This document shows positions 11,171 to 24,895 of a DNA stretch of 64,000 nucleotides, in pieces. The stretch comes from Balanoglossus misakiensis. Its lineage: Eukaryota; Animalia; Hemichordata. The DNA is taken from contig CM082577.2 in the NCBI GenBank assembly GCA_040954595.2, forward strand, positions 10,503,846 to 10,567,845, written 5' to 3'. The notes beneath the pieces were generated by a model. The model was not told where the DNA came from and ran no database searches. It was given only the letters and a program-made list of their open reading frames with translations. Position 1 is the stretch's first letter. Every line of letters begins with the position of its first letter. The position numbers and the translations under genes were made by a program.

Positions 11171-11196
11171 CAATGTTGTGGTGTATGTTGTATTTT
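11137..11196 (+). terminator. Polyadenylation signal and GU/U-rich downstream element of gene 1
   Basis: AATAAA at 11137-11142, TGTA elements just upstream, and tgttgtggtgtatgttgtatttt about 30-55 nt downstream. Confidence 0.65.
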
Positions 11197-14098
11197 ACTC
11201 TTCCCTTATTTTCTTATCAAGAATATTTTCCTGCCCAACCCAGCAAGATGACCTTTGCATTTTTGTATGTAGTGTGTAGGCCAAAAAAAATACAAAAACC
11301 ATTGTTTCTGGTAATGGCTTTTACCCGAGGTGATGACGCGAATTTTTTGGCTTGCCTGGTCAGTGTCAATCTACTGTTGATTCATATACTGGCCATGTTA
11401 ACTGGCCAACAGTTAAACGGTCGCGTGTCTTGACAAACTTCATCGTCCTCCACAGTATTTCTGGTTTGGTATCTAATGCACCAGACAAAGACAAAAATGT
11501 GCTGACCAGAAATAAATTCAACCACGTCATCATGAGAATTTGATTCAATCCAGTTGTTTCATGTCATGAATGGATCAATATTCACAGATGAAGCAGTGAT
11601 TGTGCATTTGTCATTTACATTCAAGTACTCATCCGTTGATGGCGCATTACCTACTCAAACGTCATTCGTGCTGGATGAGGGTTCAGAGTATTGATCGGGT
11701 GGTGGCGCTGTAATGATTCCGGCATATGAATCAACGCTTCGATCTTCGCCAGCGAATGTACGTGATTTGTAGTTGTGGAGACGCAGCTCAGCTCTACTGA
11801 GGCGATGTATGTGAGCGGTGACCTTACACGACACCACAGCTTTGTTGTTTCGGGGAAGGGGGACCTCAGACTGCATGCTCGACTGTCCCCAAGCCTGGTC
11901 AAGCCGTGTGGACGTACAGTAACGATGGGCCCACTACAGGTTTGTACTTTAAATTCACTTTTGAGACAGAACCCTTAAAATTGTTGTAGCTTTTGTGTTA
12001 TTTCTGCAACTTGGTAACTATAGGTGTACATTTACGTCACACAGAGGCGTATAAAGCAAAGTGTAGTGGCTAGAAACAGCTGGTATATTTTCAATATTGC
12101 CATTTGCTAAAATACATATGGTTAGCAGAAATTGAACTGTTTTGAAACCTTATGTGATTTCATGTGCGATTTTCCTTTTTATAATGTATCGTACACTGGA
12201 ACGCAACATTCAGTCTTCACAAATCATGTACATCGTACAGGTACGTAGATATGTGGACATGCTGAAACCGAACGGTTGGTGGCGCCTTCTACTTTTACCA
12301 CTAGACTGGGGGAGGCAGCTTTCGTATTAATACCAGGGCGGGCCAAACGAAATGGGGAAATGGTCATATTTTACCTATTTTCTCATCTATCCTAGCCTGG
12401 CGGGTTATATTATACAATCGGACATATACAATTTTTAAAACGCCGTACATGAAAGTATATTATTCATAGCATTAAATTAAAAATCTTCCAGGCACAAGCG
12501 CTAAGCTCCCAACTCCTTCCCAACCACAGATTACATTTTCCTATATCCCGTACACAATAATTGACTCAAATCCAGCGGGGGTTTATTTCCTAGCTTGCGT
12601 ACAAGATATACTTCGTAACATCTACTAAGCCACTGTATGTTGAGTTCCATTGGGCTGTTCAGAGAGAATTCGTTTGTTGTCACGAAACAAGGAAATGCAT
12701 TCGTTGTCATTTAGGATCCATTACGTGATTATGCCCACCATTTTAGGCCCACTTCTAAGAGGTATGGGTGTAGTCATATTTTGGGTATGTGAATAGTATG
12801 GGATTATATAGGCTAGTATGAGAAATAGTATAGACAATTTGTGATATGTTTCTCTACATTTTACAGCATGTAAAGGTGGGAGTTCTATGCACTGTAGAAT
12901 ATAGCAAAATATCAGGGTTGATGGGACTATGCCGAAGTTGGCTGTAGGTTCAGATTTAGTTTCACGTTTAATTTTGGACGTGGGCAACCATCAGTGCCAG
13001 CGAAAGCAATTTCGTATTAGGGCCCTTTCTAGCTACCCATTTAATATTAAATTAAAGTCAATTAGGTAAATGTCGTCAATCATCGGCGGTACATTTGTCA
13101 GGGCAGGAACTGCCGCCACCATTTAGCCCACCCGGTCCCTTACACTGCTCTGTGTCCCTGAGACTCATAACATGACGCTCACCACGTGATTTGCTGGTAC
13201 ATACTACACCGCGCAGATAATGGCCTTACTTCATAAATACATGTAGGCACAGTCCGTCTTGGGGGACTGTGATGCAGGAAAGGTTTGCCTACCATGGAGA
13301 GTTGGTTAAAGTAAAAAGACTGCTTTCTGTTGGTATTCTCTGAAATTATCGTTAGTCCATAGCTCTATTTTGTGGAATACGTATGTGTGTGTGCGTAATA
13401 GTCAAACAAGAAACTATGCAAACTGTGCACGTTCCATTGAACACAGGTGCACCAACTAGTTTGCATACTAGGTCTGGCCACCTGCGCGTTTCAGTAATTG
13501 CCCATTACCCACTTGTCGTCTGAGGACACTCCTGATGTCCTTAATATCAAAGCAATAACGACCACATTATTTCAATGATGTACATTATTGTAGTAACACT
13601 TTGCGTCTTCTTTGACTTGCTAGCAAGTAGCAAAATTATGGGGCAACACAAACCCCTTAACATTAGTAATAAAATCGCCTTTGGACCCATATTCTCCAGC
13701 CGCCGCCACCCCCCACCAATATCAAATGAACCATCCCTAAAATGCTTTTGCGCACATTTAATCACTTCGCTGCTTTCGAATTCCCTATATACAGGCACGG
13801 AGATCACAGATTTCAACATACACACGGAAAAGACAGTCATAAATTATGGATTGCTTAGTTTATTTGGCGAGGTGTCAAAATTGAAACCAAGTGGCCATAA
13901 AACGGGCAGACAAATGACTCATATAGATGCCATAATTTTTTAGGGAAGAGAGATAAACAGGCGGTGTCAGCCGGTTTACTGCCAGTTTTTATCGCCTTTA
14001 ATTTTAAAACGCCGTGGACGAAGAAATACATGCAGGCCTTTGCCATCGAGATCTTTGAAACATTTGTATCGTTGGAACGTTCTCACACTGGCCCGCAG

Positions 14099-14245
14099 AG
14101 AATCTCGCCAAGGACCTGGGATCATATTTCTCACAGTCGTCGGGGATTTTTTGTCCAGGCACACTCGCTTACGGCTCGTGTGCGACAAACAATCCCCCAC
14201 AAGTGTGAGAAATATGGTCCCAGGTCCTTGGGAGTGCGAGATTCT
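14099..14245. mobile_element. 147-bp foldback (MITE-like hairpin)
   Basis: AGAATCTCGC-CAAGGACCTGGGATCATATTTCTCACA...GGGGATTTTTTGTC..GCACAC pairs with GTGTGCGACAAACAATCCCC..TGTGAGAAATATGGTCCCAGGTCCTTG..GCGAGATTCT around a 13-nt loop TCGCTTACGGCTC. Confidence 0.8.
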
Positions 14246-15670
14246 ATTGACCTTCCGTCCGTATACGTACATAGTACGGACACGACCAAGCGCATCACGA
14301 TCATCGCCGTCCATCACCCGTCGTTCCAAATTAATGTCTCCATTCTCTCCTTTTAATTTGTATCGTCGCGACCGACCGCGCGATGATTTCAGCGACGACT
14401 CTCACAATCAAAGTCTTCGCTCTCATGTACCGGGGACCATATCACATAGTACACGTCCACCCACACACGAACAGCCCGTAAAAACGGTTAACTGCAGCAA
14501 GCTTCACGTAAATCCACCAACCGGGGAAAATTGTCTATATGCATGAGCGAGACCTTGCAAGCGCTTACACAAAATGACAAACAAGAAATTTCAAAAGACA
14601 TTTCCTTGTTTGAAGGTGTCAATGTGCCATGCCACAGACAGGTTGCCTCTGAAGTATGCGAGCGACTACACAATAATACAGTATGTAAAAGATCTCCAGC
14701 TTTCGCCGCTATTGTACGCTATTCAGGTGCGCGCAGGATGACAAGTTAAATCTACAAAAACAATTAAATTTCCGCGTCATCATTTATTGGTCCAAACTAT
14801 CGATCTGTTCCATCAAAACTTTGGTTGGTTTTAAACCTCGGATAGTGAACGCAATCCCCGATGGGCGTCGCCAAGGTGCGTCACCGTTGTATGAAAAAGG
14901 CGGATTGCACGTGTGACGCACAGGTTTTTGGTTGTACACAAGTGGTGGAAAACACACCCCATAAAAGTTCCGAACATGACTACACTGTATTTCTTGTCAG
15001 AATGTTACCAACAAAGCTGTTTATTTAACCTGGTCAGTAGACACAGCCGTTTTTACGAGAAAAATTGCCTTGAACGTTACCGTGTGCTTTTCCTGGTATA
15101 CCTTCAACACTATTTCCCATTACATGAAATCATCGCTAGCCAAGCGATGTTTATCCGAACAGGGACTTCGCCCCACCTTAGTCAAGCCGGGCGGATCTGA
15201 TGACGTTTTAAGCCCAAACGCGTGATCAACAAAACTTTGTTTTGTCCTAGACAATAAACGAGGAGGGCGGTCATGGGCAGTGCGTCAGGGACAATTTCAT
15301 TGACATTGAACTTGAGAATTATCGATTGGATACCCTAGTAAATCAATTGGCGGTTGGAGCTCGCTGCGCCCTGACAATCCGAAGAAATCCGACAAACACA
15401 AATAATAGGCCTACTATCAATTTAGGTTAAAATTTAATCAGAAATTGCATGTATACCAAAAGTTACAGACTTGACAAGCCAAGGGCGCGATAAAAAATTG
15501 AGTTCATTATTTATACCGTATGAAGTTTTGGGGAAATTCCCTAATGTAGATTTCTAGAGCCGTGACGACCACTTCTTCGGCTGTTCGGCAGCCGTTTACA
15601 GATGGGCCTATTGTGAGCCATGTGTCCTGGTACTACTGTATATTTAGGCAAGAAACACATCCCCCCTTAC

Positions 15671-15738
15671 TCTAGTATCTAGCCGACGGTTTTGTCAGCC
15701 TTGGAAGCAAGGCGGACAAAACACGGCTAGATATTAGA
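15671..15738. repeat. 68-bp near-perfect hairpin, probably a short palindromic MITE
   Basis: Outer stem TCTAGTATCTAGCCG / CGGCTAGATATTAGA and inner stem TTTTGTCAGCCTTG / CAAGGCGGACAAAA, each with one mismatch, around a GAAG loop. Confidence 0.8.
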
Positions 15739-16198
15739 CTTCATCCCCCTGAGCGACCAACTTGAAAACGTTACATCTGAGAAACCGACATAAAGATCAT
15801 TTTGTAATCACAATAATGATTTTGCTGTAAAACAACGGGAGGTTCAAACCCAAGGTAAAAACGAGTTTCTTCATTTCAAGCCACAAATCCTTGGAAGTCG
15901 ACATTGAAAATGACGCACGCATTCGGTTTTATAACACGACGTAATTGACGCTTGAATTGGTAAACGTTGTTACACTGAACATTGCACACGACTATTAAAA
16001 CAATGTTTAGGCGTTTTAGGAGACAAATCGTTCAAGGGACGTTTATTTCAAACAGAAGTGTGTTTATAATGCGCATTTGTCATTTTGTAGTTGTCGAAGA
16101 TGGTGAATGACTGGAATGCACTAGAATCTTCAGAGATTTTCCTGTGATTTCAATTGTTTCCAGTTTTTAGCTGCAAATGAATATGTTTTCAGTGAAAG

Positions 16199-16201
<3 letters not shown>

Positions 16202-16231
<30 letters not shown>
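16202..16231. repeat. (AG)n microsatellite
   Basis: Directly visible. Confidence 0.95.
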
Positions 16232-16239
<8 letters not shown>

Positions 16240-16678
16240 CTTCGTACTAGTGACTCGTTCTTGAACGCAATCGTCATCACTAATGCGCGTTTGATTCAAG
16301 CAAAACGCCCAGGGTATTTAAGAGAGAGGGCCTTTACATGTAACAAGTCGATATTTTCTTGACTCCGGAGTTTGATATTTTGTCGGACTCACGATACAGC
16401 GGAACGACACAGCTAAAAGATTTGCTTCCGCAAGTGCTACGGTGGAAAGGGTTCTCGCTACCGCCACAATGTCGATCGAAAACTGAGAAGAAGAAAAAAA
16501 TATGAAGCGATTGGCACTCCTCTGCCAGAAGGTGTAGATGAGATAGGACGTCACTATTAGACTAGGGTTATAATTTCTATGGGCCTGGTGGACACATCTT
16601 ATCAGCAGGTCTCCTCATCACTGTTGAACGACCCATCGAGGAATCGGTTTATCAGCAAGTTAATTAGTTAATTAATTG

Positions 16679-16775
16679 ATCAATCAATCAATCAATCAAC
16701 CAACCAACCAAGCAATCAATCAATCAATCAATCAATCAATCAGCTCACCAATCAACCAACCACCCACCCAAACAA
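16679..16775. repeat. Compound (ATCA)n/(ACCA)n microsatellite
   Basis: Directly visible, degenerate. Confidence 0.85.
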
Positions 16776-17943
16776 ACCAGGCAAGCAATACTGACACTAC
16801 ATGGTACAAAAAATAGTCCGGATTTGATATTAATCGGTTAATGTGATAATTGTTTTATTACTATTAAAGTCTGCTCCCGGTGGACGCGCATCGTATTTTC
16901 GTAGAGCTCGTGGCCGTCAAATGTTGGGGGGGGGGGGGGGGAGAGACGAGACATGCGCGTGATCCGAATCGACAATGATGTATTGTGCGCCGTTGCTGCG
17001 GGCACCGTGACCTGTGACAGCTCAGAGGTCAAAGGTAACGAATGTGTTGCTCTAAGGCTGTCAAATACGGGATCAAATCTCACGCATGTTGCCGCCACTA
17101 CGGAATAGCAGAAATCTCTTGGTAGTCCTATTACCGCCGCTGTGTTCCAAATGCGGATGCGCTCTGTCTCCGCGTATCGCTGTCACAAAATGATGGCAAG
17201 AAATCCGAGACGGCGCAATGGGGACCCCCCGATTTCTGCAGTCATGCGTGGGACTCGGATGAACAAAAGCGCATGAAGACTGACAGCGAGCGACTCGGTT
17301 TACCGCGGGAGGCGAGCGTTGGAAAATTTCCATCCCGACATGAGCCCGTACTATACAGCACCTCGAAAATGCGCTTCATGCATCATGGCGATATTACGGA
17401 GGGGAAATTAATAAACGATTGGATATTTGTAGTACCCGAGACAACAATTATGTTAACCAACATGTAGGCCTAAAACATATCGGATAATTGGAAAATTGCC
17501 ATCTTTATTTTCCAATGTACTAATTTTTTGTTATTATTTGCATACCTGATATTAGACTAATCTACTAGTTCTAAATTTAGACATACAAGGAAGCTTCTGA
17601 TGAAATGTTCGCTCTAGATTGGAAGCCCAAATACGGTCATGGTTTAACGACCGCGAGTAAAATGTACTGGTGGCCTTTACTGTGTTCGTGTGCTTCTCTC
17701 ACTACTCACATTTGGTTTGAAAGAGGCGAATGGGTTTGATAACACGCATCCCTGGTCCATGTATGTTAAGTTCTCGATAATAGTTTACGGAATACTACTC
17801 CTCAGCCTAAACCAACATTCCTGACCCGCTGTCAGCCAATAAAATATATATTCATATTAATAAATTGTTCGCGCGGCTTCAAGTTTTACTTGACGCAGCC
17901 GACATTTTGTGGTGCCAAAAATTGGCGGGTAAATCCATTTTCA

Positions 17944-18180
17944 CGATAAAAAAAAACAACTATAATTTCTTGGACAAAAAAAACGCGCTGTGAATGTTCG
18001 TTTTCTGGATCTTTCTCACTGTGAGCATCGATATTTTGCTAATTTAAATCTCGACTGCGATAAACAACTACATTTGTCCTCTCTTGGACAAAAAAAAACG
18101 CGCTGCGAATGTTCGTTTTCGTTTCTGAATCATTCTGTGAGCTGGGATATTTTAAATTGCTAATTCAAAACTCGACTACG
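17944..18180. repeat. Diverged ~115-120-bp tandem duplication (2 copies)
   Basis: Both 17944-18057 and 18058-18180 contain AACAACTA...TCTTGGACAAAAAAAACGCGCTGYGAATGTTCGTTTTC...CTGTGAGC...GATATTTT...TGCTAATT...CTCGACT. Confidence 0.9.
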
Positions 18181-18858
18181 CATGTGGAGGCCCGACTGTA
18201 GCAGTAACTGCGTCCCACTGCGCCAGTTAATAACCGAAGACAAAGTCAGCGAAATTGAAGGTACATTACGTGGACATAAGGGATAATTTCAGGTATTTCC
18301 AGCGATTTCTAATTTCGATGGGCAATAGCCGAATTGAAAATGATAATAGGCGAATTGAAATGGTGCAGCAGTTAAGCATCGGCGCCGCGGGATCAGAAAA
18401 ATGACGGTCAGAAAATATTTTTTCTCTTCAAAATACAAAGGATTGCTGCGGCCTGCCATGTGCTGAACACTGCAATGCAGGGTATAGCTCTATCGCCCGT
18501 CGCGCTCGCCGAATTTAAACCCGTCATATTTGCCGCGGTCTTGGCTGATTAAATTCCATTCTAAAACCGTTCAGCAAAATGCTTTGCAATAAAATGGGCG
18601 CATAATGAAACGTGAAAGCGCAGCCTGTCCATTGTAACCCGGTCATTTACAAGTCATAAATATTGGTCGATAAAAAAACACACGAATGCTTGCTTTTCAT
18701 CAGGATGGAGTTGTTTATAATTTTTTCCGAATAAATTTAAGAAAAAATTCAGCGCATGATGGGTGGGTGGGCGGATTGATAACGTGAAAAAAGACGCACG
18801 CGCACATATATGATTCCACTGCGTGTTTCGAGTACATGTACAGGGATGACCATGCATG

Positions 18859-19050
18859 CATACATACATACATACATACATACATACATACATACATACA
18901 TACATACATACACACATACATACACACATACATACATACATACATACATACATACATACATACATACATACATACATACATACACACATACATACACACA
19001 CACACATACACACATACATACATACATACATACATACATACATACATACA
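18859..19050. repeat. (CATA)n microsatellite with (CA) interruptions
   Basis: Directly visible; it explains the IHTY/VCMY ORFs. Confidence 0.98.
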
Positions 19051-19849
19051 CGAACACACATGTGAGCTTCAGAAGGAAAGTTTTAATGCAGAAATATGTA
19101 TATCACCGTGTATACACAGTTTAATTTTAGAAAGTATTAAACAAGCATTTACAATGACCTCGTTTTCTTTACACAAACAACGCAAGTTGATTCTCAATAA
19201 GCAATATCTGAATATTCTTTTGGTTGTTCTATATCCCATGGGCGCATGTTGACTGGATAATCTCCGGGATTAGCGGATAATCTCTAGAATATGTCGTATC
19301 GTACTCGCGTGTGTGATGTACCGAAATATCCCTTTTGCGTCAGTCAAGCGAATACTGCTCAACGGTATTCTGGCGATTATCTGGTCAACAGGCGCCTGTG
19401 AGAGATATCCATACATTACGCGCTGCCAACGTGTATATATCTTACATTTATCCTCCACAGGTTGTAAACAATGAACAAATTTCGTCGCCGCTTCTGTAAT
19501 GTTCGCTATGTATTCTATTCCTTTCGGTACGATGGTCGACTTTTTGGCTTTGCCCCACGCTGAGGCTGATAGTGGTCACGCAAGAGTCAGATGATAGGTA
19601 TGCGGTCGATCGTGAAACTGTTACAGGATAAAATTAATATAACTAATATCGAGACATTTGACCCAAAATGGCAGATAAAATAATAACCGTGTTCTACAGT
19701 AATGCGGTTGTGAGTTGCCATGGCGTTGGTCGTGAATAGTTGGGATAGACGGTATTGACGGTCGCTGCGGCCGATGACCATCGCTGTGATGCCGACCGAT
19801 GACGGTAGCGGTGGCGATTGGACACCACACACTGCGAAGCTAGACCGCA

Positions 19850-20075
19850 AGATGATGAAGGTGGTGAACATTGTCTGGTGGTGATGATGAAGATGGCGGT
19901 CGCGCGACGATCGATGACGACAATAATGGTAGTGACGATGATGATGGCGACGAAGACAACATTTACAATTATGACAATAACAACAACAAGAACAACCACG
20001 ACGACGACGACGACGACGACGATGATGATGATGATGATGATGATACTTCTATCATGACGATTGTGATGATGATGA
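19850..20075. repeat. Degenerate trinucleotide low-complexity tract (GAT/GAC/AAC/GGT)
   Basis: Pure (GAC)n(GAT)n run at ~19999-20045 with decayed triplet flanks. Confidence 0.85.
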
Positions 20076-23000
20076 TAATAATACTGGTAATATCGATACT
20101 GAAAACACTAGTTCTCACAGTCGTGAACATGGGAATAATGGATGATCACAAAATTATTCCATTTCGGTCAATGACACGGACCAATGCTATATTATAGTGC
20201 GAACAACAAATATTGCTCGGCTTTCGATTGTTTTGTTCCAGTTCATATAGAGATTAGAAACTATATACAGCAGCCTATATACAAGTTCGATGTGTCTTAG
20301 ATCTGAGTACGGTTGCTATACTTCAATAAGAAACGTTTTGTATATATTCGGATGGTCACGTATATTTCTATCAGGCAAGACATGGAAAAATCCACGACTA
20401 TATTGTCTTTTGGTAATGTTTCTGTTTGGTGGTACCGCGTAGACGTTGACTAGGCCTAAACTGCACTGAGTGTACTGTTGGAAATGTTTACAATCGGGGC
20501 GATCACGTTAAAGCGTATAGGCCTAAACACTAATTTACCCAAATGATCCGTTCAGGCTGGTTTTATCTCGTTCCTGACCTTTGCCTGTCTTCGTTTAAAT
20601 AATCAGAGTTTATCGTTTAAAAAGCTGAGAATTTTCCGATTCCTGAGATTTCTCGCTCCCCGTTTTTAACAAATGGTCGAAGCGTCGTGTCGTCTGCATC
20701 GTTGTCTGTTCTCAGTTTGTTTTCCCGCCAAAAGTGTCGATGAAAAAATCAAAAGACAGAAAAAAAGGAGTACATTTTTTGACCTCTTTTTGTAATAAAT
20801 AATGTCATTTCCTGCATTTATTTTTATTGTTTCATCGCCTTGTTGGCAGAGATGGCCGATTGTACGCACTCGACAGCGGCGGTGACGGTAGCTGGATGTG
20901 TCTCGCCCGACACCGAACGGAGGTCGCGAAAACCGCGCCGATATGAATTCAGAAGACAGTAAATTCCAGCGATGATATAAATATCGCATAACGAGTGACG
21001 TGCACATCCGAATCTTATTTATCGCGGGGAAAGTTGCAGCGGGTAATATTTCTCCTAAATTAACTTGATCAATGCTACTAAAACTGCGCTGAGATGTCCC
21101 AGGGTTGCATTTTATTTCTGCCCGTGGAATGCCGTCGCGATATAGGCTACCGACTTGATTCACAAACTGCTATGGCCACAACAACATGCAAGCAAGAAGC
21201 TGTTAATATTACCGAGTTCGGTTTTCACGGCTCACACTGTTAACCAAATGACTAAAAACCGAACAGAATCTTTCGAGAAAATACACTAAATTTTGAACAA
21301 ACGCTACTATGTTTTATTGTCGGTGTAGCGAAAGTCCTGTAGGCTTACCTCTAAATTCAGCATGCCCTCGGCGTACACAGAATGCATGCGTATATGGTAT
21401 AGTCAGCCCCTGGGATATGCTTGTGATATTAATACAGTCGGGGGCTTGTATTATAGCGTTACAGTCGCTTTATTCAGCTTATGCTAGTTTTTCGGCTGGT
21501 TTTCCTGCATGCCCGCTATAATCAAGCTCTATATACAATGAACGAGTACGTTTTGAGTTTCAAGTTAATTTTCGAGCTGGGAGAACTGCCGAGCGGATGC
21601 GGCGCTCTCGTCGTTCGTATACCCGAAAGCAGGGAGCGAGCCCCGCTTTCCCACTCTCCGCCATTTCAATGGTAACCATGGCGAATGATAAGACTGGTTC
21701 GGGCCAGCCGCGCCGCGCGCACATGTAAGGCCTCGCTTTGATGCCGTGCTCACTACAACCGACTCAATGAGACGGCGCGACGCGAATCTCGCAAAATGAA
21801 ATTTCGCTCTCCCAGTAATGAGGCGTCATCCTGGGGCAACGGGTTCTTCTTCCAATCCTTGTTCTGCATGATACCGAGTCTGATTGTAATCGAGCGGCCG
21901 TTTCATTTCCCCTGACCGAGGGCTAAATAGACAATTTCAGGATTTCCTGTCCCGTTAGAGAGATAAGCGCTCGGGACAAACGGGGGAAAAAATTGTCATC
22001 TGCCTCCCTTTAACTAATCCGCGTCCATGGCACGAAGTCGATTACAGTGTTTTATTGGAGCCTTCCTCTAACTTGAAATTACGGCGCACTCTCTTTCAGG
22101 ATTGGAATTACCCTATTTTTAAAATTTTTACTGGAAAAAATGACATAAATTATAAAGCTGAATATCGTCCGTGAACATTCGCTTTCAGGTACTTACGCGG
22201 TAAACAAATCTTTGTTGACTTCACAGCCCAGATTATACATTTTGCGCGATACAATGTACATGCACGGTAGAAAATACACTGCATGTATACCATCAGAAAA
22301 TGGTAATATTTAGCGTGGCGACCACAACTAATCATGCGGTTCACTGTACTGACCAACCATGTGAGATCAGTGACATTATAACAAAATATACATAATTCGG
22401 CCTGCTTGTTTGTCTTAATCAAGAATTGCTGTCAATCATATTCGTATCATCTGGGGTGGATTCATATTCAGACATATTGATCAGAAGAGATATTAGGTCC
22501 TGCATGTAGCTACAAATTGAGGCAATAATGTTTGTTTCGTGCATCGAACACCGGTTTTTGTTCTACTCCCCGAAACGTTTTGAAATTCCCCTTTGCCGAC
22601 TTTTCAACACCGTATGCGTACAGAAAACGCCGTTATTGACTACATATGAATTAAAGTCCGGACTTCAAAACAAACGCGATTGTCATTTGTCAACGATATC
22701 AATACACCCGTCTTCTTCACGTGTTGACTGAAACCGAATGCTATGCGTATTGCAACAACTGTGCGGAGATGGGACATGCGGAAAAAAGAAAGTGCACTTT
22801 GAATTTCAGAATAATAACACACGCAAAGGCAAGTCATCATAAAGTTACACACTTACTGCTCTTCGGAAAAGAGTGACTCTCGCCCGATAATCTACCGCGA
22901 GATTGACGCCGCGCCGAGTACCGGGTGAAAACGCGGGGGCGGTTGTCTGCATGCCGAGTGCACGCACATTGCGCGTTTCCTTGGACGCTATATTACAGTG

Positions 23001-24785
23001 TAATTGCTCGTGATGCCTTTGCTTGAAAATAACCTTGTTGGCGCGAAACCAGTTTGGGATCGCGACACCAATCTAGTCGCGGCAGAACATTGACTTGGCA
23101 AGTCTTGTCTCAAGGTTCAGTTCAGTGCGTCTTTTGAGCTTCGGTAAGACATGCATTCTCCATCCCCGGGCTAACGAACCGCATATACGACCATCAGATC
23201 TAAAATATGATCGTCGTGGAACAAAATAAAACACACAGACGACAAAATCCAATTAAATCGCAACAATTGTATACGTTGTAAGCCTTGTTTCCTGGGGATC
23301 AGAGGCACACATGAGAACATAAGATTTAGGGGCAACTTTGGGAGAAATATTATATTTAAAATTTATCGGAAACTCCTGATTATACACATCGAAATTGTCG
23401 CGTCTGTGAAGCCAAAATTAATCCGCATTGTGTTCATATATAGGCCTATATACAAGTTTTAATAACGATTGGTTTCGTCGCCGACTGTTCTTCATTATCG
23501 ACTGTCTCCGTTGTTTCAAACCGAAGAAACCCTCGATTGCGTAATAGCGTAAGGAGAGTGCGAAAAACATGATGCAGGCTTTATAGAGCAGACGGCGGGG
23601 GGAAATTCAACGATCATGCGGTGATCTCAAACCACGGACAGTGACGCTTCTTTCGCGTTGTCGTTTTCCCGCCATCTCTGCCGCGCACTTTGGACTTTAC
23701 TCCCGGATTTTTTTTTTGTCAACACGGCCGTTTACAAATTAATCGCATGTGTTGTTTGATTGTTTACGGGAGACTGTAGTATCATCAGACGCGGCACGGC
23801 CCTATCTAAACGGAGGCCTAATAAGGCTAGAGATAAGACGACATAACGGTTTACCGCCAGCTAAGCTACCGGTATTGCCGCGCGCGCGCTGCGCTATGGC
23901 GATGTCGCGAGCGCGGCGAATCACTATTCAATCTACGTAGTGTCAACTTGGCCTATATACAGGCGCTACTGAACTGCGGGGGCGAACTTCATACACAAAG
24001 GATAAAAGCAGAATTACAGTGTGCGTGCCCCGTGTACGGAATTCGTACGGGAGCCACAAAAACCTATTCAAAACATGCAGTCAGTTGTAAATTATCGGAT
24101 TTCGCAATTTTTAAGAACCGAGAATTACGCTTTCTGAACAAGGTCGGTCAAACTCGTTCCGTTCTTCAACATGCCTGAGATTTCACGAAAATGACTGAGC
24201 GCAAATTCTGCACGAAGACTACACGTATATTACCGGGTTCTTTGTCTGAAACACCGACAATCGGCTCCTCATTATTAATTTTCACCGAACAATGAATAAA
24301 ACATCCACACGATAAACATTTCGGCGACAACACTGAATTGTGAGATTTTTTTCTCTCTGTAATGCAAAATATAGTTTACCCATCCGGCCTCACGACGACG
24401 CGACATTGAAGCTCAGTCTGCAGTCTTCACACCGAGGAAGAATTTGATATTCACACTATTTATCGAGAATGCGAGCTGAGAAAAACGATGGAATCCTAAT
24501 TATTACTTTTTCAATGTTCGTCGTTTGCATGGTTCAACGGTTTTACCTCTTAAACCCAATATGTGTCCAAGGAATTATTTGCTTGTCCTGTGTCCTGGGT
24601 CGCGTCACTCAATCCGGTCTCGGGCCTGGTCATCTGGAAATCGACGCGATCAGTTGGCCACAGCGCCGTGTCCGGTCGATCCGGCTTCTTCCACCACCGA
24701 ACTCGGTCAGGAACATCCAAACGGACCAGCGCACGGGTGTTGACATTTGATAGAACAGCCCGGCGGGGTCTGCGATTTATATTAC

Positions 24786-24895
24786 GATGACGTCATTATT
24801 AGATAAACGAGATAACGAAGCCATATATACGCGACATTAGGTTGTGTTATTGAAAAGCAGGGGCCCCGCCCACCTGACCCGAAGACAGCCAATGG
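24786..24895 (+). promoter_or_regulatory. Candidate promoter (CRE + GC box + CCAAT), possibly a distal promoter of gene 2
   Basis: TGACGTCA 24788-24795, CCCCGCCC 24864-24871 and AGCCAATGG 24887-24895 fall within 110 bp. A strong donor GAG|gtaaga lies at 25355/25356. Confidence 0.45.

Noticed and set aside
13155-13178. TCCCTGAGAC matches the 5' end of miR-125/lin-4
   Set aside because: Only the first 10 nt match, and there is no complementary arm at pre-miRNA distance downstream.
13708-13740. CCCCCCACCAATATCAAATGAACCATCCCTAA resembles a MITE terminus
   Set aside because: No partner inverted repeat was found in the window, so it cannot be supported without a repeat library.
15841-15851. B-box-like GGTTCAAACCC (possible tRNA or SINE)
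   Set aside because: No A-box at the proper spacing and no cloverleaf.
18654-19252. ORFs of repeating IHTY/VCMY (also 32920-33422)
   Set aside because: Translations of (CATA)n/(ATGT)n microsatellites, which lack stop codons.
19694-20197. Poly-Asp, poly-Met/Thr and poly-Val/Ile ORFs
   Set aside because: Products of a trinucleotide low-complexity tract, open in several frames, with no splice support.
23631-23641. ACCACGGACAG, the core of a REST/RE1 site
   Set aside because: The left half (TTCAGC) and the right tail do not match; a single partial hit.
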